From Raillietiella orientalis (Eukaryota): a stretch of DNA of 64,000 bases. Below are positions 12,956-25,600 of the stretch, piece after piece. The position numbers and the translations under genes are program-made. The stretch lies in contig JAYWIR010000003.1 of the NCBI GenBank assembly GCA_036172245.1, forward strand, positions 248,001 through 312,000, given 5' to 3'. A model generated the notes under the pieces. It was not told where the DNA came from and did no database searches. It saw nothing but the letters and a program-made list of their open reading frames with translations. How positions within the stretch are numbered: position 1 is the first letter of the stretch; each line of letters opens with the position of its first letter.

Positions 12956-14950
12956 CGGTGCACTTGTGCTCTTGATATATTTGCACCATGCGTTCGTCAA
13001 AGCAGCGTTTGCAAAGCGGCGAACCCCCGCGCATTTGCTCCTCAAGTATTCGCGTGGAATTATTTAACGGCGATTCGCTGAAAACAGTCCTCGCTGCCTG
13101 ATGTTTCCTGTGCTTCGTTCCATATGCATCGCTAACTCGCCTGCCTCCTATGACGAGCTGTGCATGACGTGCATCGAATTCATGAGAAAATTCAGTACTG
13201 CCTCGGCGCACGCACGCAGACTCTCTTTCTCTTGGGAAAGAAAAGTTTTCCCTTTGGCGACTGGGGGATGCTCCGCATGCCTTGTTGTGTGCACACCGGT
13301 TTTTTTTTTTTTTTTTCTTCCTCTTTTCGATGCATATTGAAGGAAGAAGGACTGAGTAAATCCAGATGCAGTTCGAAAATTCCTTCTTGTCCTCTCATCT
13401 TTTTCCGGTTTCGCCTCTATTCCCTTCGCCTTCCCGTCCTCCACACCTTCATTAGGCAGCACAGGTGGATTCCTCTCAGTGTTTGCTGGCTGATAGTTAC
13501 GTGAGTTAGCAAACAGTTCTCTCGAATTCGGTCACGCAACCAGTTTCTTGGGTCATCAAGAGGAAGTTCCTCGCTTGCCCTTCTCCAAATCATCCGATCG
13601 TTTCCAAGGCGTGAAATTTTAAGCAAACCAGCGTCTTCCTTGGAGGGTTTTTTTTGCTTTCCTGTTACTCAATGGATGAGAGCCACCTGAAGTTTCCAGA
13701 TGCACATTTCCACATCTTCCATCAGAAGATTGAGTCTACAGGAGTCCTGCACCAGAAAGGTGCCCAAAGCATGTTCACCTACGATTATGGGTCTCAGCTT
13801 TGCTTCCTCGGACCTTCTGACCACCGTATCTTCTGGAGATGCAGAAGGACAAGATGACTCACTTGGAAACCTGGAGGACTTCCTTCCTGCCTACATTGCA
13901 GAAAAGGAATGAAGGAATAAAGGAAGCGAAAGAGGGAGGGGAAGTCCTCCTCTCCATTGGAGATTCGCGGCGACCGTCCGGGACTGCTTCTCGGTGCGTG
14001 CATCCTGGCTTGGCCATCTCGCTGCAGAGGGGATACCTCCATCGGCAGGGAAGAGCCAATGAAGGCTTGTATGGGGAAATCTCCCGGGCGCGCCTCCATC
14101 ACTCCCCAGTTCGCCTTTCGCAGAGGTGCGACAGCGACGGGTGAGTTCCTCGGTCCTCTGATCCCTTTCCTGTTCGCTCTCTCGAAGCTACGCCTTCCTT
14201 CTCCTTTCTGTCTTCCTCCCCTCCCCCGCACGAGGATCGATCTCTCTCTTCTGTGTCCTCCAGAAAGGATTCTCTTGCAGAAAGGAGGTGGGTAAGCAGG
14301 AGGGAGCGAGCTGATCCCGCCGTTCGCCTTCTCTCGACGGTCGTGGATGGGTGAAGCGGGGCGCATGCACTCCCCGGTAGGAGGAGGAGAGGGAGGAAGC
14401 AAGCTCTATGGGAGCGAAGAGCCCGTCGTACACCTTCGCCCTTACTTCCTTTTTGACAGAAATCGGGTGAACAATCTGCCCATCTTCCGGCTCCCTATCG
14501 AAAGAACCCGGATCCAGGAGTCGACCGCACTTTTCAGGGAGAGTGGGAAGAAAGAAAGGAAAAGTGGGAAGCAAAGTGGCGAGATGATCGAGCTAGGAGT
14601 AGGGGCAACAGTATCCCGTTTGACGCCGTACCTCGTGGTTGTCTAGACACCGCATTGTCCTACCCCGGAACTGCAGATCCGTTTGTTGCACCCATTCCCC
14701 GCCCACTCCATCCTTCAGCGGTTTAACGACCCCTGGTAGAAACTGGAGGGGAAGGAGGGGAGAAAAGAACAGAAAGGAAGAAGGGCTGCTTTCCCGCGGG
14801 GAAGGGGGAAGAGGGGGGAATCTGGGAAGTGCTCGTAGAGTCTATCGGAGGAAGAGTGCCGGTAAAGAGGGAATAGGGAGGAACAGGGAGAAGAGGGCGA
14901 CATCCAGGAGAGGAAGGCGCTCCCGGAGGGAATGAAAAAGCAGGACTCAC

Positions 14951-16456
14951 CGAATCGGTCGCCTCTCCTTTGTCCGTCGGGGCGGTGCCCTCCCAGTCCC
15001 AGGCCCCGTCGTCCTCGACATCGATCACGGTGACGTAGTAGGGGATCCGGAAGCAATTTCCTCCCTCGGAGGGCAATCTCGGAGAGGGATTTCCTCCTTG
15101 CGGAGTGCGCCCGTCTCCGGAGAGCTTCTCGGTGCCTCCCCCGCCTACTCCGTCCTGGCTGCTCCCTCTGTCCTCCTCCGGACAGCACGGGAAGCTCTCG
15201 GCGGGTAGAGACCCCTCTGCTCTGGGCAGGGAACCTCTCCTCTGGCCGGCTTCCCTGACGTCCGCGACGATGTCCGGAAAGCTGACGCACAAGAGGGAGG
15301 GATCCTTGGAGCTTCCTTCGAAGTCGAAGACGTCGTAGCCGCGCCGGTAGGAGCAGTCGTCTTCGTCGCCCAGCGGGAACTGGACGCTGTAGGGCCTGCA
15401 GTTCCCCCCCGGACCTTCGAGTTCCAGGGAATAGGGACCGTCGTCCTCCGAACCCCAGTCCCCGGGAAGGGACAGGAACGCGCCTTCGTCTCTGGCAAGC
15501 CTGCCTCGTCCTCCCCGACGCGAAAGCCAAGCGCCGGTTGCTCCGTCGACCTTCCAGAAGGGGACATCCTCGTGGTACTTCAGCGCCGCGCCAGCCGGCA
15601 TGGTCCCTACCCTCTTGAATGACAGCAGAGATACCACGTCTTCCGCAATACCCTCGACGGAGGAGGCGTGCTCCTCAGGGATAGAACCTTCCAGGGGAGG
15701 CGGGACCAACGAGAAGTCTGGCGGCGCCGCCGACGCCGATGCTTCCGTCTCCACATTGTACACGCGGTGCCTGCAGAATAGTCTGGGGCGACGCTTGCGG
15801 CCCTTATGAACCATCTTCACAAGGACCCTCCACGAAGGGATTGCGTCCCACCTTCTGGTCATGATTCGAGGGCGAAGGGGTTCGCCACTGGGCCGGGGAG
15901 AGGAAAGGGAGGGCGGTGGCGGGAAGACTGAGGGAAGAGGCCGCGCGACGCCATGCGCATCAAGAAGGCTTCTGAGGTGCCTTTCCGCTCCTTCTCCGAG
16001 GAGGAGCGTCTTCGCGCGCACGCGCGCGTGACCTTGAAGCTGCTCCGCGCCATGAGTCACCCGCCACCACCTGCCAGCGCGCTGTTGCTGCTCCTGCCTT
16101 TTAGGCGCGTGCGTTCCTCCTCCCTCCCCCGCCTCCCTCCCTCTCCCGCGAAGGGAGACGCGCGCGAGCGCACCTTCCTCCCGTGCAAGACACAAAAAAG
16201 GATGAGGAACGGAGGGGGGGATGACGGAGGGGGAACCACCTGTTCTGCTGCCACCTCCCTCCTCCCGGGAGGGAGCGTGGGGGCGGCCCCGACCGGGGAA
16301 ATCCTCGCGCTTGCCATTAAGGACCTCTCCCACGCGCGTTGAGCAGCCCCAGGTCTGTACGCGTTCCGCGGTTACCCCTCTCCGTTTCTTCATCCTCCTC
16401 TCCTCACGGGTGCAGGGAAACCTCTCGGTTCCCTGGAGCCGTCTTGACCGGCCCAT
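14951..16456 (-). CDS. Hypothetical acidic protein exon (orphan)
   Basis: Part of the longest ORF in the window (14723-16456). From ATG 15862 (MTRRWDAIPSW...) to the phase-0 donor TCG|GTGAGT at 14950 it shows strong third-position G/C bias, like the Rbp exons (GAC TGC TCC TAC CGG CGC GGC TAC GAC GTC TTC GAC TTC). No family recognised; start and downstream exons uncertain. Confidence 0.45.
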
Positions 16457-19238
16457 GTTCTCACCGGCGCCACCACCGGCGTCTCTCCCGGGAGCGAGTG
16501 TTCCAGACGCTCCTTTCCTCCCCTCCTTTTGGTCAGCGGTACCCGACCGCCCTAGTTCGAGTGGGCGCTGTCCCCCTCTTTAGCTAGCATGGCTGGGGAC
16601 CCGCCAAGCTCTCGGAATCCAAAGAGGGGGACGTGAACCGGCAGTTGGGGATAGGAAGGGGCTCCCAGCCCTCACTCTTCCCCATCTGGGAACGCCAACG
16701 GACTGCCGAAGGAAGGGATGCCCCGTTCCGAAGAGGAGGCTCCCGGATGGGACAGAAACAGGAGTCGGCACCGCGAGGCCCCGGTCCTCCCCTGCCTTTC
16801 TACCCCACAGCCCCATCAGACGCCGTCATCGCCCCTTCCTTCTCTCCTGAATCCTCTGCTGGAGAGGAGACCGAGGTACTCCCTTGGGTCCGAAACGGGG
16901 AGGTGGAGAGGAGGGAGAGAAAGGAAAAGGGGACGATCCTCTCGGACGGGTCTTCTTCTGACGCCTTTCCATCCTCCGTTGGGTGGGGAGAAGGAGCACT
17001 CCGGAAGGCTCCAATAGCTTTCCCTCCCACCCTTGTCCATCTCCCATCGAAAGACCCTCATCCACCCGGTCCTTCCCCTGCGCATCGATCATCCTGATGG
17101 GATCCCCGGATCCTGAGGGCCTCTGCGGATCCTCGTGCTGGCCAGTGTAACCGGACAGTCACGCCGAGTGACACCGCTCGTGCCTTCGGCTCTTACTGCG
17201 TCTCCTCCAAGCGAAGATCAGCGCTTCGGGGAAGAGCAGGGAGGGATGTAAGGGTTCGGTGGCCCCTTCCGAGCCAGTAGATTCTGGGAAGGGGTGGGGG
17301 AAGCATCGGGCGCCCGTATCTCTCCTCGCGGCACGGGACAGGCCGGGAGAGAGGAGACCGCCTCCTGGAGGATGACGGTGCCTGTGAAGTGAGGGAAGAG
17401 CGCCTCCGAGGTCACATCCCTACGAGCTCATGTCAGGAGCTACAGCCGTCGTTGGGGGCTGCCAACGAGACGATTTTCTTTCTTCCCTCCCTCCCTTCCC
17501 CCATCCCTGGTTCTCCAGCCTTCCGATGATGCACGAGCGACGTCCCTAAGGAGTGCGGCGGGTCTCGGGGACGAGCCAGTAGCAGACGTCGGCGGCGGCG
17601 GCGGCGGCTTCCCGCGGAGAGTCGACCCACCCTCATCCCGCAGGGTCACACCGGGATCGCCAGACCCACTTTCCAGGACAGCATCGGGAGCGCCCCACCC
17701 TCCGCGACAAGAAGGGTTTCCTGGGCGAGCGAAGTTGCAGCAGCGGCCAAGGGAGGGAAGCCCTATCGCGCCTCGTCCCGGCCGCTCGCGGGCATAAGGA
17801 GAGAGCCGTCGGGGCGGCACTCTCGCGCCCCCCGTGGAAGGAAGCCGCGGAGGAACTTCGGGAGGAGGAGGATGTCACCGAGTCTGAGACCCTCCGTTCC
17901 CACCTCCTGCGAGCGGAGAGCCCCAGATGGGACGGCGAAAGCGCGCGTTGCGCAAAGCGGCAGACGCGGAAGAGGCCTCGCCCTACTTTCGCGAAATGGG
18001 TCAGGAGTCTTTCCTTCCCTCCCTCTCCCTCTCCTCTCCCCTCCTCTTGGCCACGCGGATCTGCCTACTTTCCCCTCCTCCTCCCCCTTCCCTCGCCGGG
18101 CTTCCCTCTGATGCCAGCCAGCCAGCCCTGGCCGCTCTCGTCGGGGACCTCCGGGATTCCGCGCAGCCCGCAAGCTGCAGGCTCCCTGGCGCAGCGCAGC
18201 TGCAGGTCCCACGGTTCGCACGCAGACTCGGCCATCTCGCACGCGAGAGCGCTCACGCGCCTTCCCCGGACGCTTCTGAGGGCCGGCAGGATATTCGCAG
18301 AACGACCGGAATGGGGGAGGAGTGGAAGGGATCGCCGGTGCGCTGCTCCTGTTTCCGCCTACGGGAGCCGGGAGGGAGTCGCGCCTCCGGCGATGAGAAC
18401 GGGAAGTTAGCAGCGGAAGAGAATGAGAATTGCCTCCCGGGGGTGAGAGGAAGCAGGGGGAGGAAAACTGGAGGAGGAGGGGTCACCAGAGCCCTCCTTC
18501 GTTACGGTCGGGAAAGAACCCGACTCCCACTGGTGGCGGTGGCCTCCAGGACCTGGAGGTCCCCGCCGCCTTCTCGGTGAACGAACGGAGACAACTGGGC
18601 AAGAGAGCCACAGGGGGGTAGCCGGCGACGGAGGAGGAGGGGGAGGGATCACCGAGGTGGAGAAGGAGGCCCCAGGCCATCGGGTCTCCAGATGGCTCAA
18701 GATGGGAAGAGGGGAGCAGAGTGAGACCAGAGTCCTCGCTCCCTTTTCCCACCCATGGAGGCAGAGCACATTGGCAGCAGGATGATGAGGGGATGTACGG
18801 AATGGTCCGGAGGAGAGGATGCTGAACCGAGAGCCGTTGCCCAGAGCTAAACGGGAGACGAGGATACCTGGTATACGAGAACAAGGTGGGCCGAAGCTGC
18901 AATGCGCCCTCGGACGGGTGGGAGTGGGAAGGATGGGGGGTTGACCGACCCGGAGGCGACGCGAGAGGATGATGAGCCCCCCTTCAGGGCGAGGGGCCAG
19001 GATGCGCGCCGATATGGAGCTGCTGCTGGTCCGCAGGTCTTCCTCCGGACAAGGAAGTCGCTGGGCGGCCTACTCTTCTTCCTCCTCCTCCTCCTTTTAC
19101 TACTACTACTTATTTTCCTACTACTACGCTGCTGCCTCCAGTTGCTCTCTTCCCGTTCGTTCCAGAAGGGCAGCAACGGCACTCGCTAAGGTTGCGACTT
19201 TAGCCGTGGGGACTGGGATAGCTTCTTGATGCAGGTCG

Positions 19239-19946
19239 TTGGGACGCGAAGGGCGAGCCGGGGGTCACGGCGTCGCGCGTCTCTTTCCGGAGCCGCTCTC
19301 TGGATGTCGGGGACTCCGAAAGGAGGATTCTCCTGGATCTCAGGCCTTCGGGAGCCGCGTGGGCCCGGACAGTGCCTCCGGCGGCCTTAACTCCTGCCAC
19401 CCACATGGCGTGGTCGCCCCCTGCTCTGCGCGCTCGAGTCCAGCCAACAAAGAGGAGTGTGCGATGGCCTTCGGGGAGGACCCAGAGGACATTGTCCGGG
19501 AAAGGGGACCCCTCGCCATTCTTCCTTGGGGACCAAATGATGTGGATCGTGCTCTATACCTCAGAGACTCTCCCCCTGGGGTGAACATCGCGATCCCGGA
19601 AGGCTCTGAGCGGTCGCTGCTCACAGAACTCCCTTTCCTGAGGGAAAGACTGCTGCCTCTCGCAGCTTCCAGCCCTCCGGATGAGGCACTACGGAGATGG
19701 ATCCGGGAGCAAAATCAGGAAGCGGCAGACCTGCTGCTTCCGCGGATGCTCCTGCCGGCTCCGGGCGCGGAGGAACTGCTGCAGGCGACGCCCAGCCGTG
19801 ACTGGAGAACAGAGGGGGAAAAGGCCAACCTCCCTTCCTCCTTCTCGGTTCTCTGGACGAAGAGGGCGGGAAAGGAAATGGATGGGAAGTGCGGCTCGCG
19901 GCGATCCGCAGCCCCCTTCTTCGCCTGTCTGGAAGCTACTTCGTGA
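19239..19946 (+). CDS. Possible hypothetical coding exon
   Basis: 235-codon ORF; the part after ATG 19464 (MAFGEDPEDIVRERGPLAILPWGPNDVDRALYLRD...) has protein-like composition. No homolog recognised. Confidence 0.2.
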   Translation: MGREGRAGGHGVARLFPEPLSGCRGLRKEDSPGSQAFGSRVGPDSASGGLNSCHPHGVVAPCSARSSPANKEECAMAFGEDPEDIVRERGPLAILPWGPNDVDRALYLRDSPPGVNIAIPEGSERSLLTELPFLRERLLPLAASSPPDEALRRWIREQNQEAADLLLPRMLLPAPGAEELLQATPSRDWRTEGEKANLPSSFSVLWTKRAGKEMDGKCGSRRSAAPFFACLEATS

Positions 19947-22658
19947 GCGAATCCCCGCAACGTTCGTGCCCGTCCTGACCTTCCGCCTCCCATGACTGTT
20001 ATTCCTGGTCCTGAAATCCGGGACAACTTCCTCCCTTTCCCTCGTGGAGGGGTAGGGAGAGCTGAAGAGGGAGCGGTTGGCGGAAGAAGACCACCGAGAT
20101 GGACGCGCCGGAGGCACCCTTTCACGTGATCTTCCTCTCCTTCGTCGGCGAGATCTTCTTCCGGCTGCCCTTTATCTGATGGGTTGGATGGAGTGGTTGT
20201 CCGACAAATTCCCGGCCGTCCTCCGAGGCGCTTCCGTGCTGCGCGCTTCCTGGAAACCTAGCGCTTTCTCCCCGGCCCTACCCCCGCAACGTCCGTGCCC
20301 TACTTTCTGGCTTACGGGACGGCTTCCTCCTGCCCCTGCTCCCTTTCCTCAGTAGGTGGACCTTTCTCCCACACACTCACACCATGCACCCCCATCCCTC
20401 CCATCCTTTCATCAGGGCAGGAGGCTCCCTCTCTTTCTCCAGAGGAAGAAATAACGCTGAACCCGAAAAATGGAACCCTTCTGAACACTTGGCCACTGTC
20501 CAAAGCGGTCTCCGAGGGAAGACCGGATGCTGGTCGAGATGGATAGGGAGAATTCTCCCTCTGCGCCGTCGGGAGAGTCACGGAGCTTCTTGACGGGCTT
20601 GGAGTCCCTGCGCTCTGTCGGCCGATGATGCTCCGAGCACGCGAGCCATTGGGTCTTCTCCCAGAGGGACGGGCTGTCTCCCCACCCCTTTGGCTACTGC
20701 ATCCCTGCACATCTCCCTGATCTCCACTTCTCCAGCGAGCCGCTCTCTCCTCGGCGTTGGGACTCCTCCCTCACTCATCCCGATTGCAAGAAGCTTGAAC
20801 GTCCGTTGCCTAGAGTCGAGGCGCTAGGCCGGAGGGCTTTCTCCCCCACCCCCGCTCCAAGGAACCTCGCTCCACGTCTTCCTCTTGCGTTGAGACGGAG
20901 AACGAGAAAGGTTCTACTCCTCCTCCTTCTCCTCCACCCTTCCACCTTTCCTTCTCCTCCTGCTAGCTATCCAAGCGGTCTCCAGGCTGCTGCTGCTGCC
21001 ACGTATAGGGAGAATGTGACCCCTTTTGACCCAACCATAGAGGGGTCTCGACCCTCATCGCTGCTCGTGGAGCAGGTGAGAGAACCACGGAGGTCTTTCC
21101 TCTCCCCCTTTCTGACCCTTTACCCCTACGTCGCTCCAATGCCCTCTCTCAGACCCGAATGCACGCAGCACGGCGCCTCCCTTCACTTCCCACCCATCCC
21201 TCAGGAAATTCCCAAGGAGGAGTGTGGACGGACGGAACCTCACCCCCTCCCTCTCTTCCTAAATCCTGCTGGATTCCTGGATGACAACGACCAGCCGGGT
21301 CGTTGGCAACCGGGTGAGGGGGGGGGGGGGGGAAGAAAGAAGGAAACTTCGCCAACCCTCGCAAACGGATCTAGACCATTCCTCCTTCTCCTCCTATGCC
21401 CTCTCCCTCCAGCCTCGTCTTCCCCAAGTGAACTCTCGCACTGCCGCGAGACGGGCGCGGCCAAGTCGGAAGTCTCCCCCTCTGCGACCCCTCCCTTCCT
21501 GCGGGAGACTCGGCGGTGCGGTAGCGGCAGCGGTTGCGTGCTCTTCCCCCCTTCCTTTCTGCGCTTCCCTGCTCCAGCCTTTGCCTTCCCTTCTTTTCAT
21601 TCTCGAACTCCCAGACTCCGTACCAGAATTTTTGATCCTCCTGGGAAGGACCGCCCGTTTGCGACCGGGAGCTGGGTATGTTTCTTTTATCGAAGGCGGT
21701 CTTAGGCTACAGGAAGAGATCTGGGTCTTCCTGGCTAAAAGGCAGGCGACACTCTCTCTCTCTGGAGCAGGTGCCTCCCTGTGAGAACAGGGGGACCTCC
21801 TCCCCCTCCTGCTTCTGCTCTTTCCCTTTTTCGCTCCACCGCTCTCCGCCTGCTTCGCTGGGGAAGGCGGGACCACCCCTGCCAACCGTGTCCCTGTCGG
21901 TCTGAACAGATCCACTCCTGGACCGGCCCTCCGGAAAGACGGAGGACCAACCGCCTCCAAGAAAAGGGAAGAGGAAGAGAAACGGGTTGGGTGGAGGAAT
22001 GTGGGAGACGAGGCGCTCACGGGAGAGCAGGCGTTTCGGTCTCAATGGTCACTGTCTTTGCACAACCGAGAACTGATGAGGGGGTGGGAGAAGTCCTGAG
22101 GACTGTCACAGTTCGAGTGGTCGATCCTCCCCTAATTCCCCCTTCCGCTTCGAGGTGACACCCTCTCCTCCTCTTACTCTGCAGCTCCCACTGCATGCTA
22201 CGTTCCGCTGGAGGCGTCAAGGAGCGCCGACTCTGGGAGGACACTGACGCCCCTTATCCCTCTCTCCGCCTGTTGACCTTCCCTGGTAGAGGTCAATCCT
22301 GGAAGGAAAAGGTGAGCCCACTTGCTCCCAGCCCCGGGTCAGGTGAGAAACAGAACCAGATGTCCTCTCCTATTTTCTCCCTTCCTCCCCCTGCAGGAGA
22401 GCTCTACGCTAGGGGAGCGCTTCCCTGTCAGGCGAGATTGGTGGATATGGATCGTTGGGAGTCAACCCTTCCCTCGTCTTTGCCCATCCCGCACCCCACC
22501 AGCAACGATTCGCTCCCTCCTTCCTACCTCGTCCTCAGATATTTCCGGAGCCCTCCCTTCCTGCCCCGCCGTATGTCCCTCTTCTGGCCGGAAAAGGTGG
22601 GAATGAAGGGGGAGGGGAAGCATCTTGCAGGGTGGGATTGTGACACCGCTCCCCCGGT

Positions 22659-25600
22659 TTATGCGGTTCTCCGCGGGGGTCTCCGCGTCAGCAAGGGGAT
22701 CGCCGCTGCATCTGCACTCCTGGACGCCTCGAACCTGCGGACGAGGTCGATGACTGCGGCCACGTCCTCCATGGAGTTGCCGACCGCTCGCAGCTGCCGC
22801 CTGGACTCGTGCGGGCCGAGGTCGGGCACGCGCGGCCTGCCGGACACCTTGAGGAAAGCTCCCAGGACGCTCATCCGGAGGGTGCCGGCCTCCAGCTCCA
22901 GGGAGGCGCACGTCTTGCGGATGCGTTCCATCTCCGACCGCAAGCCCTCGGTCCTGGACTGCTGGCGGTCCAGCTCCAGCAGCAGCCTTGACAGAGCGTT
23001 CTTCCGGTCCATGACACCGTTCATAACCTGCAGGAGAGGAGAGAGAGGGGGAGAGGGGAGGGGAAGCAGGGAAAGGAAGAGGCGGAAGAGAGGAGAAAGG
23101 ACGTTCCGGGCTAGAGAGCGTGCATTCCCCCTGGCAGATTCCTGCAGAGGGGATGGAATCTCGGAAGCGGGGAACGCGAACGAGAGATACTCCCTAGGAG
23201 GACGGGTTAGGTGGGGGAGGGAAGGCAGGAGACTCCCTTTTTCTTCCTGTCTCCTGCACAGAAGTCGTCTGACCTCTTCCTCTGATGCCGTTTGCGCTAA
23301 CCCGACCCCTGGATCCGCCTGCCCCCCCCCCGTCCGACCTCCGACCTCCAGGATTGAGAGCGCTGGCCTTTCTCCAGCTGTCCCGTCGGCGGCGACGGAC
23401 GGGAACGGGAAGCTGTGAATTCCCTGCAGCTCCCAGGGGCGAACGAGGGACGTGAAGATGCCTGCAGGGGCTCTCCAAGAAGGGAGGCTGTCCAAGGACG
23501 CATCAGACGGGTCCAAGGAAACCTATCCGGGGGGGACTCTGCCAACCCCTTCCCTTTGAGAGGAGACCGTGACGACGAGTCTTTTCTGCGCTCTCCCCTG
23601 CCTCCTCTGCTTCCCCCTTCGACCTCTTCACCCTCTCCTCCCTCCCCATCTTCGCCTCCTTCGTCCCCCGGTTCCTTTTCTCTCCTTTTCCTTCTTGGCC
23701 CTCTCCTTCTCTCTTTTCCCCTCCAAGTTAAGGAATATCCCGGGAGGGGACCACCCTGTGGATCCAGAAAGGGCTCCCCTTACGCTCGGTAGGGGAACCC
23801 TTGCCCTGGTTGTTTCTGAAGGGTGCCCAGAAGGGAGCCATACCTCCCTCGTTCTTTCCGGAGCGACCCCCTTTGTTGGTGAGGGGCTCTTCGCGTTTCT
23901 CCGCCAGAGGGAACCCGGAAGGGATCTGCTTCTGGAATTTCTCCTCCGGAGGGAACCCACCCGCAAGGAAACCACTCCTGGTTTCCGCCTCCTCTGAAGA
24001 GAACTCCTCTTAGGGAAGCTCCCGAATTTACTCTGAAGGGGCGCTCTCTAAAGGGAGCAGCGCGCTCCTTGACGCTCTGGAGAGCCAATCCTCCCCTTCC
24101 CCCTCTCGGAGGGAGGGGAGCAGCTGTCTTTTCGCAACCGGAGGGGGGAGTAACCCCGAAAGCTTCCTTGATTCCTGGAAGGACCACGGAGGTGCAACTT
24201 CCAACTCCTTCCAGACGCGGAAAGGGGGAGGATCGAGACCCAAGGACTAACCCTCATTTTCTCGACGTCGATCCTTCCTCTTTCCTCCCGGAAGGGATTC
24301 GAAACCGAGACGACTCCCGGTGCCGCGGGAGTCTCCTCCTCCTCCCCACCCCATAACCCACCCTCTTCCCGCGGCAACCGGCCTCACTGCCTCCTCCCCT
24401 CCCCGAAGCTACCCCACCTTCAGAAGCCGCTCTCTCTCCTCCTCCTCTCCGATCGCCTCCTCCTCCAGACTCTCCTGCCTGCGCACGAACTCCTCCTGCA
24501 CGGCGAGCAGCAGGTGGTACCTGCGCGGCAGGTCGGCACTGTGCGTGCGCCGGTCCGAGCACTTGGCAACGTCCTCCAGGAACCTCTGGAATGGCGAATA
24601 GGGGGAGAGGGAACGGTGAGCGACGTGGCGCCCGGAGCTCCCCTCCCTCCCTTCCGCCCGCGTCCCAAGACAAGAAAGCCAGGTGCCCTTCCTTCCGCTT
24701 CCACTCCTCCCCTTCCTTGCTCCCAAGACACGACCCAGAAGGACCCGCCCAGCCTCCGCTCCTCCTCCGGCATCCCTGCGAGCCCGCGCCAAGGAAGAGA
24801 GGGAGGAGCCCTAGGAGCTGGACACGGGGGAAGGGAGCAGGAGAAGCCGGCCGATCGCCCTCTCGTCACCCAGTGTTCTCCCTGGAGACGCTTCCCACTT
24901 CGGCGGCTCCTGCCCGGCCTTTCCCGGTTATGCTGATGTCCAGGACCGATCTCGGGTGGCTTCCCGGAAAAGTGGCCGTCCGGGAAAAAGGGGGGGCGGG
25001 GGCACGCCGAGAGGCCAAGTCCTTCCGAGGGAGGGAGGAGGAGGATCTCTTCCCGATCGGCGGGGAAGGCAGGAACACCCACGGAGGGTGACCCTTGGTC
25101 ACTGCCATACTCGTAGCAGGGAGCTTGGCCCGAGCAGCCGAGGTACGTCGTATGGAGGAGATCGTACGCCGTATCCTTCCCCCCTTCACCGTAGGAACTT
25201 CCTCCCCCGCAGAGGAACGACGGCGCCGGAAGACGTCGCACAACTCACCTCGGAGTCCCCTCGCAGCCCCCCACCGACTCTGCAGCACTTTTAGAGTCCT
25301 GGAAGGAGAATGCCACCCCCCTCCCTATCTCGCGGAGGCAGAGAAAGAAAGATGGCGGCTCCCACCCCGTGAGCGCGCTCCCGCTTCGTAGAGAGCAATG
25401 CGTTCCCAAGGCAACCTTCGAGCGCCGGGAAGGAGTTCGCAATGCAGCTGAGTTTGCGAAGGTCCGCCTGAACCCTCGCGGCTGCTGCCTCATCCCCTGA
25501 GGAAGAAGGGAAGGAAGGGAAGAAAAAGTGCTCCCCCCCTTCCATTACTCCTTATTCCGTCCTCCTCCCTCTTCCTGATTGTGGTGAGTGAGGAACTCTT

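Noticed and set aside
22195..23418. 407-aa plus-strand ORF
   Set aside because: Largely the antisense shadow of the last CCDC42-like exon in GC-rich DNA.
25383..25497. Extra CCDC42 exon inside the 2.5-kb intron
   Set aside because: An acceptor-like site exists, but the flanking exons already join collinearly with the family pattern and no good donor was found.
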